A DNA stretch of 42,259 nucleotides from a virus: the IMG/VR virus record IMGVR_UViG_3300007048_000001. One strand, given 5' to 3'. The position numbers were made by a program, and so were the translations under genes. This document shows, one piece after another, positions 14,604-22,545 of this stretch; within the stretch, counting starts at the first letter, position 1, and each line of letters starts with the position of its first letter. Under the pieces are notes generated by a model. The model was not told where the DNA came from, searched no databases, and saw nothing but the letters and a program-made list of their open reading frames with translations.

Positions 14604-15356
14604 ATGAAAGCTCTCGTTGATGCTGAGATCTACCTACACCGGGCGCTCACGGCCAGTGAAGTTGAGGTTGAGTGGGCACCTGAGCAGTGGACTTATGTGT
14701 GCCAGCATGACGATGCCAAGGCATTGTTCCAGGATTCGATCATAGGGATCCTAGAAGCGCTGCCTAAACACGAGATCGTCTTGGTCTTGAGTGACCACGT
14801 CAGCTTCCGCTACGGCGTCTGGCCGGGGTACAAGGCAGGCCGCAAGCGTTGCCGCAAGCCGCCTGGCTACAGCAGAATGCTTGAGTGGATGAGGAGGGTC
14901 GCGCCTGGCAGGGGCTGGGGTGTCCGTCGCTTACCGGAAGTCGAGGGCGACGACGTTCTCGGCATCCTTTACGAGGAGGGGGATGTGATCGTCAGCTCTG
15001 ATAAGGATGCGCTCACACTGCCTGGGATTCACTTGCGGGATGGCAAGACCATTGAGGTGAATCGCATGGAGGCCGACCGTGCCTTCTATGGCCAGACCTT
15101 GAGTGGGGACAAGAGCGACAATTACCCCGGCTGCCCTGGCATCGGGGCTGTGTCTGCAGCGCGCTTGCTTCGTGGGTGCACGACAGAGCTCGAGATGTGG
15201 CAGCAGACCCTCAAAGCCTTTGAGGACAAGGGTCATACCAAGGGCTATGCCAACCAGCAGGCGCGTTGTGCCCGTATCCTCCGAGCCGGTGAGTACGACA
15301 TGGACACCGGTATCCCTGTATTGTGGTCACCGCCGGTGGGGCAGGACCGTGTTTGA
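14604..15356 (+). CDS. 5'-3' exonuclease / flap endonuclease (T7 gp6-like, FEN family); alternative TTG start at 14595
   Basis: PIN-like N-terminus with FRYGVWPGYKAGRK and EVEGDDVLG. H3TH motif GDKSDNYPGCPGIGAVSAARLL. Confidence 0.85.
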   Translation: MKALVDAEIYLHRALTASEVEVEWAPEQWTYVCQHDDAKALFQDSIIGILEALPKHEIVLVLSDHVSFRYGVWPGYKAGRKRCRKPPGYSRMLEWMRRVAPGRGWGVRRLPEVEGDDVLGILYEEGDVIVSSDKDALTLPGIHLRDGKTIEVNRMEADRAFYGQTLSGDKSDNYPGCPGIGAVSAARLLRGCTTELEMWQQTLKAFEDKGHTKGYANQQARCARILRAGEYDMDTGIPVLWSPPVGQDRV

Positions 15357-15540
15357 ACCGCTCGTCTCTGAAGCTCTCCTCTCCAAACTTGACGAAGCCT
15401 TCCCGTTGGTCCTAGGCCCTTCAATGCCCCATCGAGAGCTTGACCAGTTGATTGGGAAACGGCAAGTGATTGGTTACTTGAAGCGCTTGCACGAGGAGGG
15501 TGAGCTTCAGCCTGATGGATTCCCCATGGTGGAGGAGTAA
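15349..15540 (+). CDS. Hypothetical 63-aa protein
   Basis: GTG at 15349 overlaps the exonuclease stop. The coding-like tail of track ORF 15103..15540 reads VFEPLVSEALLSKLDEAFPLVLG...IGYLKRLHEEGEL. Its stop overlaps the next ATG. Confidence 0.5.
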   Translation: MFEPLVSEALLSKLDEAFPLVLGPSMPHRELDQLIGKRQVIGYLKRLHEEGELQPDGFPMVEE

Positions 15541-15950
15541 TGTGCTTTGGGGGTGGCGGCAGCCGGTCAACGATCGTAATGCCGGATACCCGCGCTTACG
15601 ACAGGATGCTCAGCTTGCAGCTGGAGGCGATGCGTCAGCAGCAAAGCAGAGACACCCTCGTGGCTTTAGGCCAGCAGCAACTAGAGAGTGCCTTGCGCAG
15701 TGAACAGCATGTTCTCACTGCGTTCCGGGACTACAAACAAGAGCGTGCAAACGAGGTCCAGATGAATGCCAACCGGATTGCTGCCTTGGTTGGACCACCA
15801 CCGCCGGAGAAGTCCGCAAAGCCGCCAACCGTAGGACGTGACCGTGAGGGCGTTCGAAAGCCCCGAGACCGAGACAGCCTGCGAATTGCCCGCGCCAAGA
15901 AAATCACCCAAGGGAAGGGCGTTGGACTTAATATCGGGGGCACTTCATAG
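15540..15950 (+). CDS. gp6.7-like virion protein candidate, paralog 1
   Basis: 136 aa. N-terminal MCFGGGGS (T7 gp6.7 begins MCFSPK, from memory). C-terminal LRIARAKKITQGKGVGLNIGGTS. It lies between the exonuclease and portal genes, as T7 6.7/7.3 do. Confidence 0.45.
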   Translation: MCFGGGGSRSTIVMPDTRAYDRMLSLQLEAMRQQQSRDTLVALGQQQLESALRSEQHVLTAFRDYKQERANEVQMNANRIAALVGPPPPEKSAKPPTVGRDREGVRKPRDRDSLRIARAKKITQGKGVGLNIGGTS

Positions 15951-15952
15951 CT

Positions 15953-16363
15953 ATGTGCTTCGGAAGCAGGTCCAGATCCCCACGCATCATTTATCAAGGC
16001 CCCAGCCGATCTGATGTTGAGGCCAGTCGAGAGGCGCTCGAACGTTATCGACAACAATCAATGCAACAGAATCAGCTGCTCGCCGAATCAATTCGGCAGC
16101 AGATACAGGCGGCTAATGAGCGGGCAGAAGATTTTCTCTCCCGATTAGAGGAGCAACGCGCGCAAGCTGCTGCCGCCCCGTCAGGACCTGAGGTCGACTA
16201 TGATAGTTATATTGTCACGACTAGCGATGCGGAGCCGGTTGACCCATTGGTGACCGAATTGGCCGGACTGGAAGAATCAAGCTGGGAGCGTAAACCAACT
16301 CTGCGAATTGGGCCGGGCGGGGCTGCCGTCAAACAGGGGTCGGGTTTAAACATTGGAGTTTGA
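15953..16363 (+). CDS. gp6.7-like virion protein candidate, paralog 2
   Basis: 136 aa. N-terminal MCFGSRSRS, C-terminal LRIGPGGAAVKQGSGLNIGV. Confidence 0.45.
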   Translation: MCFGSRSRSPRIIYQGPSRSDVEASREALERYRQQSMQQNQLLAESIRQQIQAANERAEDFLSRLEEQRAQAAAAPSGPEVDYDSYIVTTSDAEPVDPLVTELAGLEESSWERKPTLRIGPGGAAVKQGSGLNIGV

Positions 16364-16365
16364 TT

Positions 16366-18135
16366 ATGGGTTTTGGTAAATCAGCGAACTTAGCGAACTT
16401 CGCGAAAAATCTTCAGATAATTTCTAAGGCGTCTAAATCATCGAACTTCGCGAAAAATCTCGAGACGATTTCTAAGGCGTCTAAATCATCGAACTTCGCG
16501 AAAAATCTCGAGACGACTTCTAAGGCGTCGCCGAACGTCGCGAAAAATCTCGAGACGATTTCTAAGGCTCCTAAGCTGTCGCCTACAGCTAAAGCAAATC
16601 TTCAGACGATTGCTAAGGCGTCGCCGAACGTCGCGAAAAATCTTCAGATACTTGCTAAGGCGTCGCCTACAGCTAAAGCAAAGCTTCAGACGATTGCTAA
16701 GCTGTCGCCTACAGCTAAAACAAATCTTCAGACGATTGCTAAGGCGTCGCCGAACGTCGCGAAAAATCTCGAGACGATTTCTAAGGCTCCTAAGGTGTCG
16801 CCGAACGTCGCGAAAAATCTCGAGATGATTTCTAAGGCGCCGCCTATAGCTAAAGCAAATCTTCAGACGATTGCTAAGCTGTCGCCTACAGCTAAAGCAA
16901 ATCTTCAGACGATTGCTAAGGCGTCGCCTTCAGCTAAAACAAAGCTTTCTTTCGCGATAGCTCAAGAAAGGGCCCAGCGGACAGCCCGTGAGGTGGCCAA
17001 TACAGAGGCTGGGCGCGCGCTCGCGGCAGCCAAAAAGAGAGTGCAAGACCTCGAGAAGTATCGACAGAGTGTAACCCAACAGATTGCCGAAAAGAAACGG
17101 CAGGCTGGCAGGACAACGCCGGTGGTACGACGAAATCCAATTAGCGGGGTGTGGCATGCAACCGGGAGGAATCCAAGTAACCGATACCGAAACGAGGTGC
17201 AGGAACTTAACAAGGTTGAGGATGCTCTTTTCAAAGCTCAAAGAGAACAAATCAAGGCGCAAACAGCGCTAACAAGAGAATCGGCGAGGATAAAACTCGA
17301 GCAGGGCAGGAAAGAGAGCTCGCTACTCCTTAGTGAGAGGACACAGCTGGAAAAGGACCGCAGGGAGGCTGCTGTTGCACCACGCCGTACCGCAGAGGAG
17401 AATCGTCTCTTAGGACTAAGGGAAAAGCTTGAGAATGATCGCAGTCCCCTTGCGAGGGCGGGGCTCACGCAAAAGACCCCCGTCAATATCAACAAAGTGG
17501 TTCAAGTTGGCGGGGGTGTCCCCGCCCCGGGGTTGATTCTCAGTGAAAAAGAAAGACAAGCGGTGACCAAGGGGAGAGATAAACTAGCTGAAAAGATAAA
17601 TGAAATAAATCCTGCCTTTACCAAGCTACTTGACATCAATGCCGCCATAAAGCAGCCGATCCCCGTGGCCCGACCTCCTGTCCCACCCTTGCCTGCTTCA
17701 GTCCCTGTAGCCGATGATAATAGTCCGCCCCCCACCTCGGCTAGGCGAGCCCCGGATAATGTCTTTGCCGCTATAGACAGGCAAGATGAAATCTATGAAA
17801 TAGATATAGAACGAGAGGCAGAGCTCAAGAGACAAGAGGAAGAGCGGCAGCGCTTGCTTGACGAGCAGCGAAAGGCGCTTGAAGAACAGCGGAGACGAGA
17901 GGAGGAACTTCGAGACCGCTTGCAACCTGCACCTGCACCTGCACCTGCACCTGGTGGGGGCAGCAGAAACCTAAGTGTTTTGGGTGGCATTGGTGGCCAA
18001 GGGTCTAGGCCCCCTCGGGCTCAATTGACAGGGTTTGGCGTGCCCAGCCGGAACAGGAGGCGCACCTCTCGCCAGAGCCTACGTATAGGATCGACTGGCA
18101 CAAGCCCTGGCACAGGGCTGAACATTAGCGTCTGA
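16366..18135 (+). CDS. Large gp6.7-like repeat protein, paralog 3 (ATG 16366; track start TTG 16360)
   Basis: N-terminal MGFGKS, 12-13 tandem 14-17-aa repeats, a long charged coiled region, a PAPAPAPA stretch and C-terminal LRIGSTGTSPGTGLNISV. Confidence 0.75.
   Translation: MGFGKSANLANFAKNLQIISKASKSSNFAKNLETISKASKSSNFAKNLETTSKASPNVAKNLETISKAPKLSPTAKANLQTIAKASPNVAKNLQILAKASPTAKAKLQTIAKLSPTAKTNLQTIAKASPNVAKNLETISKAPKVSPNVAKNLEMISKAPPIAKANLQTIAKLSPTAKANLQTIAKASPSAKTKLSFAIAQERAQRTAREVANTEAGRALAAAKKRVQDLEKYRQSVTQQIAEKKRQAGRTTPVVRRNPISGVWHATGRNPSNRYRNEVQELNKVEDALFKAQREQIKAQTALTRESARIKLEQGRKESSLLLSERTQLEKDRREAAVAPRRTAEENRLLGLREKLENDRSPLARAGLTQKTPVNINKVVQVGGGVPAPGLILSEKERQAVTKGRDKLAEKINEINPAFTKLLDINAAIKQPIPVARPPVPPLPASVPVADDNSPPPTSARRAPDNVFAAIDRQDEIYEIDIEREAELKRQEEERQRLLDEQRKALEEQRRREEELRDRLQPAPAPAPAPGGGSRNLSVLGGIGGQGSRPPRAQLTGFGVPSRNRRRTSRQSLRIGSTGTSPGTGLNISV
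16396..16929 (+). repeat. In-frame tandem repeat array, 12 units of 42-51 bp in two sequence classes
   Basis: Unit lengths are 48, 48, 42, 51, 42, 42, 42, 42, 51, 42, 42, 42, totalling 534 bp. Class A is AAC(T/G)TCGCGAAAAATCT(C/T)(G/C)AGA... (N[FV]AKNLE/QxISKA). Class B is ACAGCTAAAGCAAATCTTCAGACGATTGCTAAG (TAKANLQTIAK). A degenerate 13th unit follows. Confidence 0.95.
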
Positions 18136-18137
18136 CT

Positions 18138-19763
18138 ATGAGCTGTGAAGGACGTTATCGGGCACTGGAGTCGAATCGAGACTATTACCTTGAGCGCGCT
18201 CGTTCAGCTGCACGGCTCACACTTCCGTATCTCATCCCACTTAGCAATGACACCGAACACAATGAAAACGAAGAGTTTCCCTTGCCTTGGAATGGCATCG
18301 GTGCCAGGGGTGTCCACAACCTAGCCAGTCGCCTGTTGCTAGCTCTGCTGCCGCCAACCGAGACGTTCTTCCGCTTCACCTTCGATGAGATCGAGCTGAT
18401 GAAGGGTCAGCAAGATCTTGAAGCCGCCGGGGCGTCCCCCGAAGAGTTAGGTGGCGCCAAGAGCCAGGTTGACCTTGAGCTGGCCCGACTCGAGCGGGCG
18501 GTGCTACGCAGCATTGAAACCAGCAACGATCGTGTAGCGGTTCACGAGATGCTGCTGCATCTCATCGTTGGTGGCAATGCACTGATGTACGTGGCAGAGG
18601 AGGGCCTGAAGTGCTTCCATCTCAACCGCTATGTCTGCCGCCGTGACCTGATGGGGAACCCGCTCGAGGCCATCGTCTGCGAGCGCCTCTCGATCGAATC
18701 ACTGCCACCCAATGCGCGCCAGATGCTCGACGAGGAAGATGGCGAAGTGAAGGGCATGCTCGATGACGACACGATGCCCCACTACGAGCGCGTCATCAGG
18801 CTCTACACCCATATCCAGTGGGAAGGCGACAAGGTCAGTTGGTATCAAGAGCTGAAGGGCGAGGAAATCCCCGGCTCTCGTGGCACAGCCCCGATCAGTG
18901 CATCCCCGTGGCTGCCGTTGCGAATGTACAGAATCGACGGGCAAGCCTACTCACCAGGCTACGTCGAAGCGGCATGCATTGCTGACCTGCAGACAGCTGA
19001 GGCCTTGAGCCAAGCGATTGTGGAGGGCGCGTTGGTCTCAGCCCAAGTCAAGCACTTGGTCAAGCCCAGCGCAGTGACCAACCCCAAAACCTTGGCAGAG
19101 GCTGCCAATGGGGCCTATGTCACTGGTGAGCCGGAAGACGTCACAACAGTCCAAGTGAACAAAGCCGCGGACCTTGGGGTCGCGACGCAGGGCCTCGCAA
19201 GGATCGAGGCCCGGCTGGCTCAAGCGTTCATGTTGGCTGATGTGCGCGATTCCGAGCGTACCACTGCTGAGGAGGTACGGCTGCAAGCATTGCAAATCGA
19301 GAACTCGCTTGGGTCGATCTACGCGATACTCACCACCGAGTTCCAGCAGCCCTACGTCTCACGCAAGCTGGCCCTGCTGGTGCGTCAGAAGAAGTTGCCT
19401 AAGCTGCCAGAGGACTTGGTCCAGCCTGTCGTCAGTGTTGGCCTAGCCGCTGTGGGCCGTGGCAATGACTTAGAGAAGACGGCTCGATTCATGGGCATCC
19501 TCCAGCAGTCGCTGGGCCCAGAAGGAATCGCCACCTACGTGATGCCGCTGGAGTTGATTCGCCGCTTGGCAGGGGCGATGGGCATGGACATCATTGGCCT
19601 TGTTAAAACAGAAGAGCAGTTAATGCAAGAGCAACAAGAGCAGCAACAGATGATGATGGCCCAGCAAGCGATGGCCTCACCGATGAATGACCCGCAGAAG
19701 CTGGCCAATGCTGCGGCCACGGCTCAAGAGATGAACCAACCTACTGAGGAATTACCACAATGA
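18138..19763 (+). CDS. Portal (head-tail connector) protein, T7 gp8-like
   Basis: 541 aa. It sits upstream of scaffold and capsid. The N-terminus RYRALESNRDYYLERARSAARLTLPYLIP and the Gln/Met-rich acidic C-terminus are typical of T7-type portals. Confidence 0.88.
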   Translation: MSCEGRYRALESNRDYYLERARSAARLTLPYLIPLSNDTEHNENEEFPLPWNGIGARGVHNLASRLLLALLPPTETFFRFTFDEIELMKGQQDLEAAGASPEELGGAKSQVDLELARLERAVLRSIETSNDRVAVHEMLLHLIVGGNALMYVAEEGLKCFHLNRYVCRRDLMGNPLEAIVCERLSIESLPPNARQMLDEEDGEVKGMLDDDTMPHYERVIRLYTHIQWEGDKVSWYQELKGEEIPGSRGTAPISASPWLPLRMYRIDGQAYSPGYVEAACIADLQTAEALSQAIVEGALVSAQVKHLVKPSAVTNPKTLAEAANGAYVTGEPEDVTTVQVNKAADLGVATQGLARIEARLAQAFMLADVRDSERTTAEEVRLQALQIENSLGSIYAILTTEFQQPYVSRKLALLVRQKKLPKLPEDLVQPVVSVGLAAVGRGNDLEKTARFMGILQQSLGPEGIATYVMPLELIRRLAGAMGMDIIGLVKTEEQLMQEQQEQQQMMMAQQAMASPMNDPQKLANAAATAQEMNQPTEELPQ

Positions 19764-20683
19764 CGCAAACCCCGAGTGCACCAGACTTTGTTGGGTCCCC
19801 GAGCCAGAACGAATTAGCGGGGGGTCCCCCTGATAAGGCGCAGATGATCGGCCCGGGGCAGGAAGAGCTCGCCGAGAGGTTGATGGAGGAAATCGAGACA
19901 GAGGAGGCCGAGCAAGCACTAAAGGAATGGGATGAGATCGCCCCCCAAGTTGACGAAGCCTTGCAAGGACAGGAGGAGTCCCCTGAGGCGCTGCTAGCGG
20001 GCAAGTTCAAAACTACCGAGGAATTAGAACAGGCTTACCTAGAGACGCAGCAAGAGGCGGGCCCGTCCGAGCCCGCCCCTGAGCAGTACACCCCAGAGAT
20101 GGGGAAGCAGCTCTATGGCGATGCGGTCTCAGGTGCCTTTGAAGCGGCAGGGGTCAACCCTCTAGAGATGGCCCAGAGGGTCTATGCCGGCCAAGACGTC
20201 AGCGGCTATGTACATGCGCTGGTGGAGAAGGGTGGGTTGCCGCGCCCATTGGTCGAGACCTACTTGCAGGGCGTTTCATCGTCCGCTGCTGAACCTGCAA
20301 GCCCTGGCTTGAGCCAAGCAGACGTTGTCGAGATCATGGGCACGATCGGCGGTGAGCAGCAGTTCAAGCAGCTGAGTGAGTGGGCCAAGGTCAACCTCAG
20401 CCAACAAGACCTGGCGGACTACAACGCTGCGATTGACAGCGGGAACAAGGCCGCGGCCCGCTTTGCTGTTGGCCAACTGCAGGCACGAGCCTCTATGTCA
20501 GGGCAAGAACCCAAGCTGATCGGTGGGGGTTCGGCTGCCGCGACAAATGTGTTTGAGACCCCCCAACAAGTGCTGGAGGCACAGAGGAAGCTGGATAAGA
20601 ATGGTCGCCTTCAGATGGACACAGACCCTAAGTACAGACGCTGGTTTGAGCAGACCTTGTCTAGGTCATCAGTTTTTGGCTAA
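19760..20683 (+). CDS. Scaffolding protein
   Basis: 307 aa, acidic and Ala/Gln/Glu-rich, lying between portal and capsid. The ATGA overlap with the portal stop couples translation. Confidence 0.7.
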   Translation: MTQTPSAPDFVGSPSQNELAGGPPDKAQMIGPGQEELAERLMEEIETEEAEQALKEWDEIAPQVDEALQGQEESPEALLAGKFKTTEELEQAYLETQQEAGPSEPAPEQYTPEMGKQLYGDAVSGAFEAAGVNPLEMAQRVYAGQDVSGYVHALVEKGGLPRPLVETYLQGVSSSAAEPASPGLSQADVVEIMGTIGGEQQFKQLSEWAKVNLSQQDLADYNAAIDSGNKAAARFAVGQLQARASMSGQEPKLIGGGSAAATNVFETPQQVLEAQRKLDKNGRLQMDTDPKYRRWFEQTLSRSSVFG

Positions 20684-20787
20684 GCTCTGTGGCAAGAGTT
20701 GTCTGGCCTGGCGTAACTAGGTGGCCCCTTCGCGTAGGGCACCCCATCTAGCCAAGCAAGTGGAGGAGGCTCACCACATTAAGGCCA

Positions 20788-21789
20788 ATGGCCGACCAAG
20801 CACTATCTCGCATTGGCCAGAGAGGATCATCTGGCGCTAATGATGCACTGTTTATCAAGCTTGGCATCGCCGAGCTACTCGATGCATTTGATCGCAAGAC
20901 GGTCTTTAAGGACCGGGTGAAGACGCGCAGTATTAAGGGTGCGAAGTCTGCGTTGTTCCCGGTTAGTGGCCGATCTGTCGCGACGTACCACAACCCAGTC
21001 AAGCCGATTCTGGGGGCCACCAACCCCAATGACCGCAATGACCGCGAGATTGCCCTTGATGGGCTGCTGATCGCCGATAAGACGATCTACAACACGGATG
21101 AGATGAAGGCGTATTACGAGATCCGGCAGGACATCACCCACCAGCTGGGTGAAGCCCTTGCTCGTGAGTATGACGCTCGTGCTGCGCGTGTGATCTTTGC
21201 GGCCGCGGCAACAGACACCGAGCCCTTGGGCCAGTCGGTTAATGCCAACCGCACAGGCCAGACTGAGACCTTGGCATCGAGTTACAACAACGCTACTCCC
21301 AAGGCTAAAGGTGATGCACTCATCGCCGCGGCGACCAAGTTAAAGATCTCGATGCAGAAAAAGGACGTCCCCACGGATGACCTTTGGCTTGCCGTTGGGC
21401 CAGAAGAATATGACGCGCTGCTGGAATCCACCCGTGGGATTAACGCTGACTGGAACCAAGGATCGCCGAACGGCACGTTTAAGTCCGGGATGATCATGAA
21501 GATGAAGGGGTTAAACATTATCATGTCTAACCACGTCACCCAAGCCAACTACACCAAGAGTGCATATGACAACAACACTGCTTATGTCCAGAATCTGTCG
21601 AAGTGCGTGGCGCTCTTGTTCCACCGTGATTGCATGGGTGTGTTGACTCTGAAGGCGCCGACCTTGCAGGTAACTCCTAAGGGAAGCACCTACGAGATCA
21701 TGTACCAATCAACCCTGATGGTGGCCAGCATGAACATCGGTATGAGCATCTTGCGGGCAGAATGCGCCGGCAGTATCTCTAAAGCGTGA
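20788..21789 (+). CDS. Major capsid protein, T7 gp10-like
   Basis: 333 aa. It aligns by eye with T7 gp10: ALFIKLGIAELLDAFDRKTV / ALFLKVFGGEVLTAFARTSV, GAKSALFPVSGRS / GKSAQFPVLGRT, and IALDGLLIADKTIYNTDEMKAYYEIRQDITHQLGEALA / ITIDGLLTADVLIYDIEDAMNHYDVRSEYTSQLGESLA. Confidence 0.95.
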   Translation: MADQALSRIGQRGSSGANDALFIKLGIAELLDAFDRKTVFKDRVKTRSIKGAKSALFPVSGRSVATYHNPVKPILGATNPNDRNDREIALDGLLIADKTIYNTDEMKAYYEIRQDITHQLGEALAREYDARAARVIFAAAATDTEPLGQSVNANRTGQTETLASSYNNATPKAKGDALIAAATKLKISMQKKDVPTDDLWLAVGPEEYDALLESTRGINADWNQGSPNGTFKSGMIMKMKGLNIIMSNHVTQANYTKSAYDNNTAYVQNLSKCVALLFHRDCMGVLTLKAPTLQVTPKGSTYEIMYQSTLMVASMNIGMSILRAECAGSISKA

Positions 21790-21818
21790 TACGCTGAAGC
21801 ACGAGGACTCCGTCTGGC

Positions 21819-21847
21819 CCCCGCTGTGGCAGCAGCGGGGTTTCTCT
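21819..21847 (+). terminator. Rho-independent type terminator after the capsid gene (T-phi-like position)
   Basis: CCCCGCTG (21819-21826) pairs with CAGCGGGG (21833-21840), with loop tggcag and then TTTCTCT. Confidence 0.7.
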
Positions 21848-21885
21848 ATGGGCCTATAGCATGAGGTGCCGAGCTGCGCCTCCCC

Positions 21886-22545
21886 ATGGGCCTTGCTGAC
21901 CAAACAGCAACACCAAAGCGATCAACCCTGCTTGATGCGGTCAATGTTTGCCTGCAGGTCCTTGGTGAGCAACCGGTCAACACCATTGACGCGGGCAAGG
22001 TCAATGAGGCAGCGATGGCTGAGCGCGCCTTGCTCGAGTTCCATCGAGAAGGCCAAACGCGCGGCTGGAGTTGGAATACAGAGCGTGGCTACACCTTCCC
22101 CAAGGACGTTGTGGCGGGGCAGATCAAGGTGCCGGCCAATGTGGTGTCATTCAGCACTGACCCCTATCAGTGGGATGGGCGCTTCCAGCTGCGGGGTCAA
22201 CGCGTCTACGACCTCGAGAACCACACGTATGACTTGGGGGATGAGATCGCCGAGCTGGAGGCTGATGTGGTGTGGTTGCTGCCTTGGAATGATTGCCCAG
22301 AAGCGTTCAATCGCTGGATCACCATCCGTTCAGCGCGTGTGCTCAGTGCCCGTCTTTTGACATCTGAAGAGATCTTTAAGTACACCGCCGTCGATGAGCA
22401 GCAGGCCTTGACCGAGCTGCAGCGGGTGGAGATCGACCAGGTGCAAGCCAACAGCTTGACCGATGGCCCTGGCCTCGGGCCGGTACGGACCTACTCACCG
22501 GGATTGGGGTTGTTCAGGCGAGGAGGGGCATACCTACGTGGCTAG
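21886..22545 (+). CDS. Tail tubular protein A, T7 gp11-like
   Basis: 219 aa. The N-terminus LLDAVNVCLQVLGEQPVNTID is typical of gp11 homologs. It lies between capsid and tail tube B. Confidence 0.8.
   Translation: MGLADQTATPKRSTLLDAVNVCLQVLGEQPVNTIDAGKVNEAAMAERALLEFHREGQTRGWSWNTERGYTFPKDVVAGQIKVPANVVSFSTDPYQWDGRFQLRGQRVYDLENHTYDLGDEIAELEADVVWLLPWNDCPEAFNRWITIRSARVLSARLLTSEEIFKYTAVDEQQALTELQRVEIDQVQANSLTDGPGLGPVRTYSPGLGLFRRGGAYLRG

Noticed and set aside
16396-16929. Regular 42-51-bp repeats that could be mistaken for a CRISPR array
   Set aside because: The units abut one another with no unique spacers. They keep one reading frame inside a 591-aa ORF, encode a coherent peptide repeat, and have no cas genes or leader nearby.
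17927-17950. Hexanucleotide repeat (GCACCT)x4
   Set aside because: It is a short in-frame Pro-Ala linker (PAPAPAPA) inside the 591-aa gene and is unremarkable on its own.
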